Shown: positions 1 through 11,900 of the stretch, piece after piece
Numbering within the stretch: the stretch's first letter is position 1
Layout of the letters: the number at the start of each line of letters is the position of its first letter
Source: Anaeramoeba ignava BMAN
Lineage: Eukaryota; Protista; Anaeramoebae
Direction of reading: 5' to 3'
Assembly (NCBI GenBank): GCA_028826165.1
Contig: JAPDFW010000116.1
Location: 62,001 to 126,000, forward strand
Length of the DNA stretch: 64,000 nt
Position numbers and translations under genes: made by a program
The notes under the pieces: generated by a model
The model's database searches: none
Told to the model about the DNA's origin: nothing
Seen by the model: the letters and a program-made list of their open reading frames with translations, nothing else

Positions 1-153
1 TACAAAATATATTTATATATATTCAAATTATAAAAAATATATTCAAATAAATATATTTATATTACAAAATATATTTAAATTAATAAATATATTTAAATTA
101 CAAAATATATTCAAATAAATATATTTAATTATAAAAATTAATTAAATTTAAAG

Positions 154-593
154 GTTATTATGGCAACAAATAGAGCAGATACTCTTGATCCTGCTTTATT
201 AAGACCAGGAAGATTAGATCGTAAAATTTATTTCCCAATTCCTGATAGAAGACAAAAAAGATTAATTTTCCAAGTTATTACAAGTAAAATGAATTTAAGT
301 GAAGATGTAGATCTTGAAGATTGTAAATTTATTATTAATTCTCTAAAATAAAAAATAAAATAATTTTTTTAATTTAATTTTAAAAATAAAAATAAAAATA
401 AAAATAAAAATAAAAATAAAAAGATGTTTCAAGAACTGATAAAATAAGTCCAGCTGATATTAGATCTATTTGTATGGAAGCAGGAATGCAAGCAGTAAGA
501 AAGAATCGATATGTTATTTTACCAACAGATTTTGAGAAAGGATATAAAAAGAACGTTAAAAAAAGAGATCAAGAATTTGAATTCTATCGATAA
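154..593 (+). CDS. RPT3: 26S proteasome AAA-ATPase regulatory subunit 6B, last two exons (154-322, 424-593); 5' part lies upstream of the window
   Basis: [28 protein letters not shown] motif. GT-AG intron 323-423 joins in frame to [41 protein letters not shown]...QEFEFYR*, a typical Rpt3/PSMC4 C-terminus. Confidence 0.93.
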
Positions 594-801
594 TCAAAAA
601 AAAAAAGAGAAAAAAAAAATTTTTTTTCTTTCAAAATTCCACTTTTTTTTTTTGCTTTTTTTTTTTAAAATTTCAATTCAATTCAATTCAATTCAATTTT
701 CCAATTTAAAAAAAAAGTCACAATAAATAAATTCAATTCAATTCAATTCAATTTAAAAAAGAAAAAGAAAGAAAAAAATTTTTTCATTTTTTCTCTTCTC
801 A

Positions 802-3800
802 ATGAATAAAAAGAATATTATCATTGGATCTACTCTTCTTGCAGCTATTGGAGCTGGAGTTTATGCTTGGCAAAAAACTACAACAAAAAAATGTAAAAGA
901 AACAATTCAAAATTATTTTTCTAAATTTTTTAAATTGATTTTTTTATTTTTATTTTTAAAATTAAAAAATTAAAACAATTAAGTTGAAAAAGAAGTAAGT
1001 TTTCTTTATTAAAAAATTAAAACAAAAAGAAAAATTTTTTATTAAATTTTTTTTCCTTAATTTTTTTTTCTTTTTTTATCTATTTATTCTATTAGAGAAT
1101 TGCAATAATTGGATCAGGAAATTGGTAAATAATTAATTTTACAAAATATTCTCTTATTAAAAAAATATTTATTATTCCTGAAATTAAATTATTTTTTTTT
1201 TCTTTTATTTGATCAAAAAAAAAATTTTCTTCTTTTTTTTTTTGCTTTTTCTTAATAAATTTAATTTAATTTAGGGGAATGGCTATTTCAAGAATTATTG
1301 GTTTAAATGTTCTTGATAATCTTGATTTATTTGAAAAAGAAGTTAGAGTTTATGTTTATGAAGAATTAATTGATGGTAAAAAATTAACTGAAATTATCAA
1401 CACTCAACACGAAAATGTCAAGTAAATTAAAATCTAAATCAAAATCAAAAATTCAAAATCAAAATCAAAATCAAAATCAAAATCAAAATTCATTTATAAA
1501 ATTAAAATTAAAATCAAAATTAAAATCAAAATCAAAATCAAAATCAAAATCAAAATCAAAATCAAAATCAAAAATCAAAATCAAAATTAAAATCAAAATC
1601 AAAAAAATCAAAATCAAAATTAAAATTAAAAAAATCAAAATCAAAAATTAAAAATTAAAAATTTATCAAAATCAAAATTAAAATCAAAATTAAAATCAAA
1701 ATCAAAATTAAAATCAAAATCAAAATCAAAATCAAAATCAAAATCAAAATCAAAATCAAAATCAAAATTAAAAAATCAAAATCAAAATCAAAATCAAAAT
1801 CAAAAATTAAAATTAAAATCAAAATCAAAAATCAAAATCAAAATTAAAATCAAAATCAAAATCAAAATCAAAATCAAAATCAAAATCAAAATCAAAATCA
1901 AAATCAAAATCAAAATCAAAATCAAAATCAAAATCAAAATTAAAATCAAAATCAAAATCAAAATCAAAATCAAAATTAAAATTAAAAATCAAAAAAAATA
2001 AAATCAAAATAAAAATCAAAATCAAAATCAAAATCAAAATTAAAATCAAAAATCAAAATCAAAATCAAAATCAAAATCAAAATCAAAATCAAAATCAAAA
2101 TCAAAATCAAAATCAAAATCAAAATTAAAATCAAAATTAAAATTAAAATCAAAATTAAAATCAAAATCAAAATCAAAATCAAAATCAAAATCAAAATCAA
2201 AATCAAAATTCATTTATAAAATCAAAATCAAAATCAAAATCAAAATCAAAATTAAAATCAAAATCAAAATCAAAATCAAAATCAAAATCAAAATCAAAAT
2301 TAAATTAAAATCAAAATCAAAATCAAAATCAAAATCAAAATCAAAATCAAAATAAAAATCAAAATAAAAATCAAAATCAAAATTAAAATTAAAATCAAAA
2401 TCAAAATCAAAATCAAAATCAAAATCAAAATCAAAATTATTTTGTTTCAAAATTTTTTGTGATAAAAGATATCTTTCTGGAATCAAAATTCCTGAAAATG
2501 TTATTGCAATTCCAGATATTGTTAAAGCTGTAACAGATGCAACAGTTCTTGTTTTTGTCACACCACATCAATTCCTTCCCAAAATGCTTGACCAATTAAA
2601 AGGGAATATTATACCTGGAGCTCGAGCAATTACATTAATAAAAGGATTTGTTGTTGATGAAAAAGATGAACTTCATTTAATTTCTAAGATGATTTCAGAC
2701 AAATTAGAAATTGAAGTATCAGCATTAATGGGTGCAAATGTTGCAAATGAAGTTGCTAGAGATGAATTTTGTGAAACCACCATTGGTATCACAATTAAAT
2801 ATTAAATTGAATTAAATATTGAATTAAATATTGAATATTGAATATTAAATTGAATTAAATATTGAATATTAAATATTGAATATTAAATTAAATAAATTGA
2901 ATTAAATTGAATTAAATATTAAATTGAATTAAATATTAAATTGAATTAAATATTGAATATTGAATATTGAATTGAATTAAATTAAATATTGAATTGAATA
3001 TTAAATATTAAATTGAATTAAATATTAAATTGAATTAAATATTAAATATTAAATTGAATTAAATATTAAATATTACACCTTTTCAACTTTGGTTTAAACC
3101 TTTTGCAAAAATATTTAAACCTTTTGCAAAAATATTTAAACCTTTTGCAAAAATATTTAAACCTTTTGCAAAAATTTTAAACCTTTTTTTTATTTAAACC
3201 CTTGACTTTTGAAAATTTCATCTAAACTTTTATTTTTCTTTTTTGAAAAAAATTTGGAAGATGATGAAAAAGATTGTGAATTGAAAATGAGAATACAAAA
3301 TCTCAATTCATTTTGATTTTCAAAAATCAAGAATATATTCTTTGTTCAAAGTTTTGGGAATAATATTTCTACTGATATATGATAATCAATTTGGGGATTT
3401 CTCCAGAGTTCTTGTTAACTTTCTTTGATCAAATCAAGCAGAGATTATTGATTTGTGAATTGTTGAAAAGCAACACAATTTTTCACTGTTAAATAAACAT
3501 TTTCACCACGATTAAGAAAAGGAGAATAAGATGAAAGAAAATGTATAGAAGGGAGAAGTTGTTCCAATATTTCTGTGGTCATATTAGAGTGATGAAAATA
3601 TAACATTATAAGAGATAAATTTAAAGCCTTCATCTTTAAGTAATACATGAAAACAATATGGTAAAAAGTCAATAAAGTCAATAGAATTAAATGCACCAAT
3701 TTGAATCTTGGATTGAATTAATCCAAAATTTGGTTCACTTTCATCTCTTTGAGATTGTATCATTATTTGGAAGAAAAAATAAAAATTAGATATCTTCAAA

Positions 3801-5076
3801 AAAAAATTCAACCTGTTATTTATTGAGAGTCAAAAAAGTTGAAACCAAATACTGAAATCGACAAGGGTTTAAATTAAAAAAAAAGGTTTAAAATTTTTGC
3901 AAAAGGTTTAAATATTTTTGTAAAAGGTTTAAATATTTTTGCAAAAGGTTTAAATATTTTTGCAAAAGGTTTAAATATTTTTGCAAAAGGTTTAAACCAA
4001 AGTTGAAAAGGTGTAAATTGAATTAAATTAAATTAAATTAAATTGAATTAAATATTAAATTGAATTAAATATTAAATTGAATTAAATATTAAATTGAATT
4101 AAATATTAAATATTGAATATTAAATTAAATTAAATATTAAATTGAATTAAATATTAAATTGAATTAAATATTAAATATTAAATTGAATTAAATATTAAAT
4201 ATTAAATATTGAATATTGAATATTAAATATTGAATTAAATTGAATTAAATATTAAATTGAATTAAATTGAATTAAATTAAATATTAAATATTAAATATTA
4301 AATATTAAATATTAAATATTAAATTGAATTAAATATTGAATTAAATATTAAATTAGGTTGTAAGAATAAAAACGATCATGAAATGTTTAAGACTTTATTT
4401 GATCGACCTACTTTTAAAGTAAATGTTGTTTCTGATGTATATGGAGTTGAATTATGTGGATCTTTGAAGAATATTGTTGCACTTGGAGCAGGTTTTTGTG
4501 ATGGATTAGGATTAGGAGGAAATACTAAAGCTGCAATTATAAGAATAGGACTTATTGAAATGAAAAAATTTGCTCATATGTTCTTTTCAGGTGTTCGTGA
4601 AGAAACTTTCCTTGAAAGCTGTGGAATTGCAGATTTAATTACTACATGCACTGGAGGAAGAAACAGAAAGGTTTCTGAAGCTTTTGTGAAGACTAAAAAA
4701 GTAATTATTGAAATTTTAAATAATTCCTAATTTTTTATTTGCTTTTTTTTAAATTGTTCCTAATTTTTTATTTGCTTTTTTTTTTAAATTTTTTATTTTT
4801 AGTCTTGGGTTGATTTGGAAAAAGAATTGCTTGGTGGTCAAAAACTTCAAGGAACTTTAACTGCAGATGAAGTTTACAGAGTTTTAAAGAAGCAAAACAA
4901 ACTTAATGAGTAAAAAATTAATTTAATTTTTTAATAATTTAATTTTTAATTTTTAATAATTTAATTTTTTAATTTTAATTAGTTTCCCATTGTTTGTTAC
5001 AATTTATCGAATTGTTAAAGGTGAAATTCAAGCAAATTTAATTACTCAATTTGAAACAGCTTACAAAAAAGATTAA
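802..5076 (+). CDS. GPD1: NAD-dependent glycerol-3-phosphate dehydrogenase with an N-terminal hydrophobic extension; exons 802-892, 984-994, 1096-1124, 1275-1421, 2469-2785, 4357-4700, 4803-4909, 4983-5076
   Basis: Spliced product has [74 protein letters not shown] and FPLF motifs. All introns are GT-AG with consistent phases. Confidence 0.93.
1422..2468 (+). repeat. (CAAAAT/TAAAAT)n hexamer microsatellite filling GPD1 intron 4
   Basis: About 1 kb of tandem caaaat units between GT at 1422 and AG at 2468. Confidence 0.95.
3076..4013 (-). mobile_element. Non-autonomous IS630/Tc1-mariner DNA transposon relic (938 bp) inserted in GPD1 intron 5
   Basis: Inverted repeats CACCTTTTCAACTTTGGTTTAAACC... 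at 3076-3204 and 3862-4013, built from 21-bp subrepeats. TA flanks both ends (3074-75, 4014-15). Minus-strand peptide fragments [12 protein letters not shown] and [22 protein letters not shown] resemble the DDE-family LPPYSPxLNPIE motif. Confidence 0.88.
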
Positions 5077-5285
5077 AACAAAATTATCAAATTTTTCTTC
5101 TTCATTTTTTCTTCTTTCTATTTTTCTTTTTTCATTTCATTTCATTTCATTCTTTTTCTTTCTATTTTTCTTTTTTCAAACAAAATCCACTTTTTTTTTT
5201 TTGGAAAACGGAATTAAAAAAAAAATTCATTTTTTTATTTTTATTTTTTTTTTCATTTTTTTCCTTTTTTAAAAAAAAACTAAAA

Positions 5286-8200
5286 ATGAATTTTATTCAA
5301 CAATATCAAGAAGGAGTTGATTTATTAAAACAATCAAAATTTAAAAAATCAATAGAAATATTCAGTAATTTAATATCACAAAGCGAAGCATCATTTTTTT
5401 ATTACAATCGAGGACTTGCATATAAAGGAGAAAAAGAATTCCAAAAAGCAGTTGAAGATTTTACAAAAGTAATTGAAATGGAAGAAAGTAATGAAGCCTT
5501 AAATAGTCGTGCAATTACATATAGTTCAATGCATAATTATTCAGCAGCTTTAGCCGATTATGATAAAATAATAGAAAATCATAATAAAAAAAATCAAGAA
5601 GAAAATCATAAGAAAGAAAATCAAGAAAAAAATCAAATTAAAGAAATTTATCTTAAAAATCAAGCAATTTTATTTTTTTTAATGGGTGATTTTTATAATG
5701 CTTATAATAGTTTCAAAAAAATAGTTGAAATTACTGATAATAAGGTGGAAATTCTTTATCAAATTGGTTTAATTTTTTTGCATTTGAAAAAGTATGAAGA
5801 AGCATATCAAACGTTTCTTCTTATAAATAATGCTTTTAAACAAGAACAAGATGAATATATGAAAAGTTTGAATTATTTCGGAATAGCCAAATCTTTTTAC
5901 AAAGTGAATGTAATATTTTATTTTTATATTTTATATTTAATATTTTTTATATTTATATTTAATATTTAATATTTAATATTTAATATTTAATATTTAATAT
6001 TTAATATTTAATATTTAATATTTAATATTTATATTTTAATATTTAATATTTTATTTTTAATATTTAATATTTAATATTTAATATTTTTATTTTATTTAAT
6101 ATTTAATATTTATATTTAATATTTAATATTTAATATTTTATTTAATTTTAATATTTTAATATTTAATATTTTAATATTTTTATTTAATATTTAATATTTA
6201 ATATTTAATATTTAATATTTATTATTTTTATATTTTTAATATTTTTAATTTATTTTATATTTTATTTTATATTTTTAATATTTTAATATTTAATATTTAA
6301 ATTTAATATTTAATATTTAATATTTATATTTTTAATATTTAATATTTTATTTTTAATATTTAATATTTTATTTTTAATATTTAATATTTAATATTTAATA
6401 TTTATTATTTAATATTTATTATTTAATATTTATTATTTAATATTTATTATTTAATATTTATTATTTAATATTTAATATTTAATATTTAATCTTGTAAAAA
6501 AAAGATTCGTTCTCCAAAAATTAAACCTCCTGAAATATCTCAAATGCTTCAAAAAGCTATTAAATTCATAAATGCTGCAATCAAAAAAGACCCAAAAAAT
6601 CCCGAATTCTATTTTTGGCAAGCAAAATTTTACAGAAAAGATTCTCAATTTAAAAAAGCAATGGATTTAATTGATCAAAATTTAACACAAAACTTTAAAA
6701 TTCCATTTTGTTTAATTGAAAAATCAAAGATATATATTGAACAAAAACAACCAGAAAAAGCATTTGATATATGCCAAAAAATCAGCATACAAGATTTAGA
6801 AAATCAAGAAATTTTGTGGAAAACAAGCAAAATTTACTCGAAAATCTCAAAACCAGAATTATCAATTCCTTTATTAACAAAACTAATTCAAAAATTACAA
6901 AATCCAAATGAAAAACACCAAAAAATATTTTTACTTAGATCCAAAGAATATGAAAAAATCAACAAATTTTTACCTGCAATTTCTGATTTTGAAACGGCAA
7001 AAATTTTGAGTCGTTCAAATCTTCCAGTTAATATTCAAAAAAATGAATTCGAAAAGGAACATGAACAAATTTTCAATAAAATCAATGATTTTTGCAAAAA
7101 AAAAGAAAATAAAGAACGAATTAAATTATTGGAATGCACATCAGAAAAAACTGTGATTGAGGTTGAAGATCCAAATGTGATTTCACCTCCTTTAGATACT
7201 TTACTTTTTATTATGAGAAAAAAACAAAAAGTTAACAATTTGATGAAAATTGCAAAAAAAACACAATCTTTAATAAATACAAAAAATACCATTTTCGAAA
7301 TTACCAATTTGAAACAAGGAATGAATTACAGTATTTATCTTTTTGCCATTTTCGCTAATTTCCACTGTTTTGGTTTTTCAGTTCCAAAAGAATCTCAAGA
7401 AAATCAACAAAAAGTGGATGAAAAATTCACCCAAAAATTGGATCATAAATTTTCGACAATTCTTAAATTAGTAACTAAAGATTTTTCAATTCCTGATTCA
7501 GTTTTTAAAGAGAAAGATAATAAAGAGAAAGATAATAAAGAGAAAGATAATAAAGAGAAAGATAATAAAGAGAAAGATAATAAAGAGAAAGATAATGAAG
7601 AGAAAGATAATGAAGAGAAAGATAATGAAGAGAAAGATAATGAAGAGAAAGAAGATTTTAAAGAAACAGTAAAAAAGATGGATCTAAATTTGAAAAATTT
7701 GGAGAATATTTTTAAAGAGAAATTAAAAGAGAAATTACAAGAGAAAGAGAAACAAAAAAAGCCACCAAAACAAAAAAAGTCATCAAAGCAAGAAACAAAA
7801 CAAGCAAATCAAACAAATCAATCAAAACAAACAAATCAAGCAAAACAAGAAACAAAACAAACAAATCAATCAAAACAAACAAATCAATCAAAACAAGAAA
7901 CAAGACAAACAAATCAAACAAATCAAACAAAACAAGAAACAAATCAAACAAATCAAAAAAATCAAACAAATCAAACAAATCAAACAAAACAAGAAACAAG
8001 ACAAACAAATCAAACAAATCAAACAAATCAAACAATACAAGAAACAAGACAAACAAGACAACATTCAGATAAATCACAACAATTAAATCAATCACAAAAA
8101 TTAAATCAATCAAATCAAGAAACAAGACAAACAAGACAAACAAATCAAACAAATCAAACAAATCAAACAAATCAAAAAAATCAAACAAATCAAACAAAAC

Positions 8201-8487
8201 AAGAAACAAGACAAACAAATCAAACAAATCAAACAAATCAAACAAATCAAACAAATCAAACAATACAAGAAACAAGACAAACAAGACAACATTCAGATAA
8301 ATCACAACAATTAAATCAATCACAAAAATTAAATAAATCAAATCAATCAAATCAAACAAATCAATCACAACAATTAAATCAATCACAACGATTAAATCAA
8401 TCAAATAAATCAAATAAATCAAATAAATCAAGAAATAAATCAAGAAATAAAAGAAAATCAAATAAATCAAATCAATCAATCAAATAA
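5286..8487 (+). CDS. TPR-repeat protein with a low-complexity (KEKDN / QTNQ) C-terminus; exons 5286-5909 and 6505-8487 (3' end uncertain because the repeats continue to ~8790)
   Basis: TPR consensus (YYNRGLAY..EFQKAVEDFTKVIE; ALNSRAITY..YSAALADYDKII; LYQIGLIF..KYEEA). Phase-0 intron 5910-6504 is filled with (ATTTAAT)n. Confidence 0.8.
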
Positions 8488-8982
8488 ATCAATCACATCA
8501 ATTAAATCAATCAAATAAATCAAATCAAATAAATCAAATCAATCAAATCAATCAAATAAATCAAACAAATAAATCAATCACAACAATTAAATCAATCAAA
8601 TCAATTAAATCAATCACAAAAATTAAATCAATCACAACGATTAAATAAAAGAAAATCAATCAAGAAATAAAAGAAATCAAATAAATCAAGAAATAAAAGA
8701 AAATCAAATAAATCAAATCAATCAAGAAAATAAATAAGAAAAATCAATCAAATAAATCAAATCAATCAAATAAATCAAATCAAACAAATAAATAAGAAAA
8801 ATCAAACCAAAAATTAATTTTAATAGGGAAGTTTTCTTTCTTTTTTTTTGATGGAAGAAGAAAATAAAAAAAAAACAAAAAGATTAAAAAGTTCTTTTTT
8901 TGGATTGAAAAGGAAAAAAAAATGAAAAAAATTAAAAGGAAAAAAATTAAAATTTGTAATTAAAATTAAAAAGGAAGAGGAA

Positions 8983-11900
8983 TTAAATCTGTTCTACATA
9001 ATTGTAAGGGAATGTTCCTTTTCTTCCATTAAGTTCACCATGCCACCAACCAGAATCATCTTTTTTAAGTAAAATAATTATATCTCCTTTTGAAAATGAA
9101 AGTTCATCAGAACTTGTAGCTTCATAAGCAAATAGAGCTTTTACTCTTGGTTCATTTTGTTTTGGAGAAGTATTTCTTGCTCTTGGAATTGGAGGTGGAC
9201 CTTTAATATAAAATTAAATCAAATTAAATCAAATATTAAATGAAATATTTAATATAAAATTAAATCAAATATTAAATATAAAATTAAATCAAATATTAAA
9301 TCAAATATTAAATAAAATTAAATCAAATATTAAATAAAATTAAATCAAATATTAAATCAAATATTAAATCAAATTAAATCAAATTAAATCAAATTAAATC
9401 AAATATTAAATATAAAATTAAATCAAATCAAATTAAATCAAATATTAAATAAATCAATAAAATAAAAGAAAAATAAATCAAAAAAATAAAAGAAAAATCA
9501 AACCAAAATTAAAATTAAATCAAATTTTTGATATAAAAATAAAATCAAAAATATTTAATATCTTTTAATTGAAAATAAAAAATGAAAAATTAAATCAAAT
9601 TTGTAATTAAAATTAAAAGGAAAATTAAATCTGTTTAAATATAAAAAGGGAAATCTTTTATTCCATTAAAATTAAATGCAAATATTAAGAATAAAATTAA
9701 ATAAAATATTTATATCTCCTTTTGAAAATGAAATTAAATAAAATATTTAATATAAGCAAAATGAAATAATATTTAATATAAAAATTAAATCAAATATTTA
9801 ATATAAAATTAAATCAAATATTTAATAAAATTAAATGAAATATTTAATATAAAATTAAATCAAATATAAAATCAAATTAAATATAAAATTAAAATTAAAT
9901 CAAATATTTAATATAAAATTAAATCAAATATTTAATATAAAATTAAATCAAATATTTAATATAAAATTAAATCAAATATTAAATATAAAATTAAATCAAA
10001 TATTTAATATAAAATTAAATCAAATTAAATAAAATATTTAATATAAAATTAAATCAAATTAAATCAAATATTAAATATAAATTAAATCAAATTAAATCAA
10101 ATATTTAATATAAAATTAAATAAAAATTAAATAAATATTTAATATAAAATTAAATATAAAATTAAATCAAATATTTAATATATAAAATTAAATCAAATAT
10201 TAAATCAAAAAATTAAATCAAATATTTAAATCAAAAATTAAATATAAAATTAAATCAAATATTAAAACAAATATTTAATATAAAATTAAATCAAATATTT
10301 AATATAAAATTAAATCAAATATTTAATATAAAATTAAATCAAATATAAAATTAAATCAAATATTTAATATAAAATTAAATTAAATATTTAATATAAAATT
10401 AAATCAAATTAAATCAAATATTTAATATAAAATTAAATAAAATATTAAATATAAAATTAAACCAAATATTTAATATAAAATTAAATAAAATATTTAATAT
10501 AAAATTAAATAAAATATTAAATATAAAATTAAATAAAATATTTAAAATAAAATTAAATCAAATATTTAATATAAAATTAAATCAAATATTTAATATAAAA
10601 TTAAATCAAATTTTAATATAAAATTAAATAAAATATTAAATCAAATATTAAAAATAAAATTAAATTTTAATACCTCGAGATCGAGGAGTAATTTGAGGAG
10701 GAGGACCACGAGTAGGAGAAGGACCACGAGTAGGAGAATTAGATTTAGGAGAAGTAGTTCTAGCTCTAGGAGTAAGAGTAGGAGGAGGACCTCTAGTAGG
10801 AGTAGGAGATTTAGGAGAAGTAGTTCTAGCTCTTGGAGTAAGAGGAGGAGGACCTCTTGAAGTTCTTGGCGGAGGTTTCTGTGGATGATTAGAAGGAGAG
10901 GATGATCTAGCACGCGGAATCATAGGAGGCGGACCTCTGCGAGATCGTGGTGTGGGACGAGGACCTGTTGGAATAATAGGTGGTGGTCCTCTTCCTGTTC
11001 GTGGAGGTGGAGAACTGCGGGTCTCAGTTGGTGAATACCCTCCACCACTGTTGTCACTATATCCCCCCTTAAACGCTATTGCTCGCGGTCGAGTATCTGA
11101 AGATAACCCCTGGATAACCCCCACTGATAAAGCCTTGCTACTTCCCTTCAAATTCGGGAAAAATGGATTTGCTGTTGAATCCATTTTGAATGAGATTTCT
11201 CGGAAATTCCCCTTTTTTTCTTTCGATTGAAATGAGTCGCTAAAAGTCAATGTGAAAGATCCTCCAATTGCTTCTATTTTTTCTTTTAAAACCGTTATCA
11301 ACTCTGTTTTCTTATCATCTTCAATGAAAAAATCATAATCACTAATTTTGAGATTTACAAATGAATCCGCAAGAGTGGAAAGCTGCGCGCCTTGGATATT
11401 CATGAGGGGAATTCTGCGAGCAATCTGAAGCTGTTTGATTTTCTTCTTGTTGACCTTAACACTAACGAGAGCAATTGAATACAAAGCGTTCTCAGTAACC
11501 AATAAATCACGATCTTCTCTTCGCGCGATCTTTCGGAATCTTGAGTAACCGACTAAATATACTTTGTTAGAATAAAACAACTTCTCGTTTTCATAGTTCG
11601 CTTTTTCCATCACAAGTCGGATTTTTGGATTTGACATGTAGTTGATGTAATCACCGTTGAAAACACGATTTATTGATAACCTTCTGCGCTGTTTTTTCCC
11701 GAATAGAAGATCCGAGGCTTGCGCGCGCAGCTCGAGAAAGTATTTCCTTGCCTTCCACATTCGGTAGCATTTTTGGATCTTTCGTGCTGATTCGTGGTAT
11801 TTTCTCTCGCGCATTTCTTCGATCAAGAAAAGTGATTCAGGATGGCGAATAAAAACCTTTGTTTTTCCAAGTTGCCATTCTTTTTGGTCGAGTTGGATGT

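Noticed and set aside
1415-2561. ORFs of poly-IL, poly-KI, poly-DF or poly-NF here and at 14777-16150, 50197-51123, 55338-56112 (+), 57929-58234, 59641-59883 and 62592-63933
   Set aside because: Stop-free translations of microsatellites in introns, intergenic DNA or the antisense of NQ-repeat exons.
7712-8479. 255-aa hydrophobic antisense ORF (LFDLFD repeats)
   Set aside because: Mirror of the QTNQ-repeat region of the TPR gene, with no independent coding signal.
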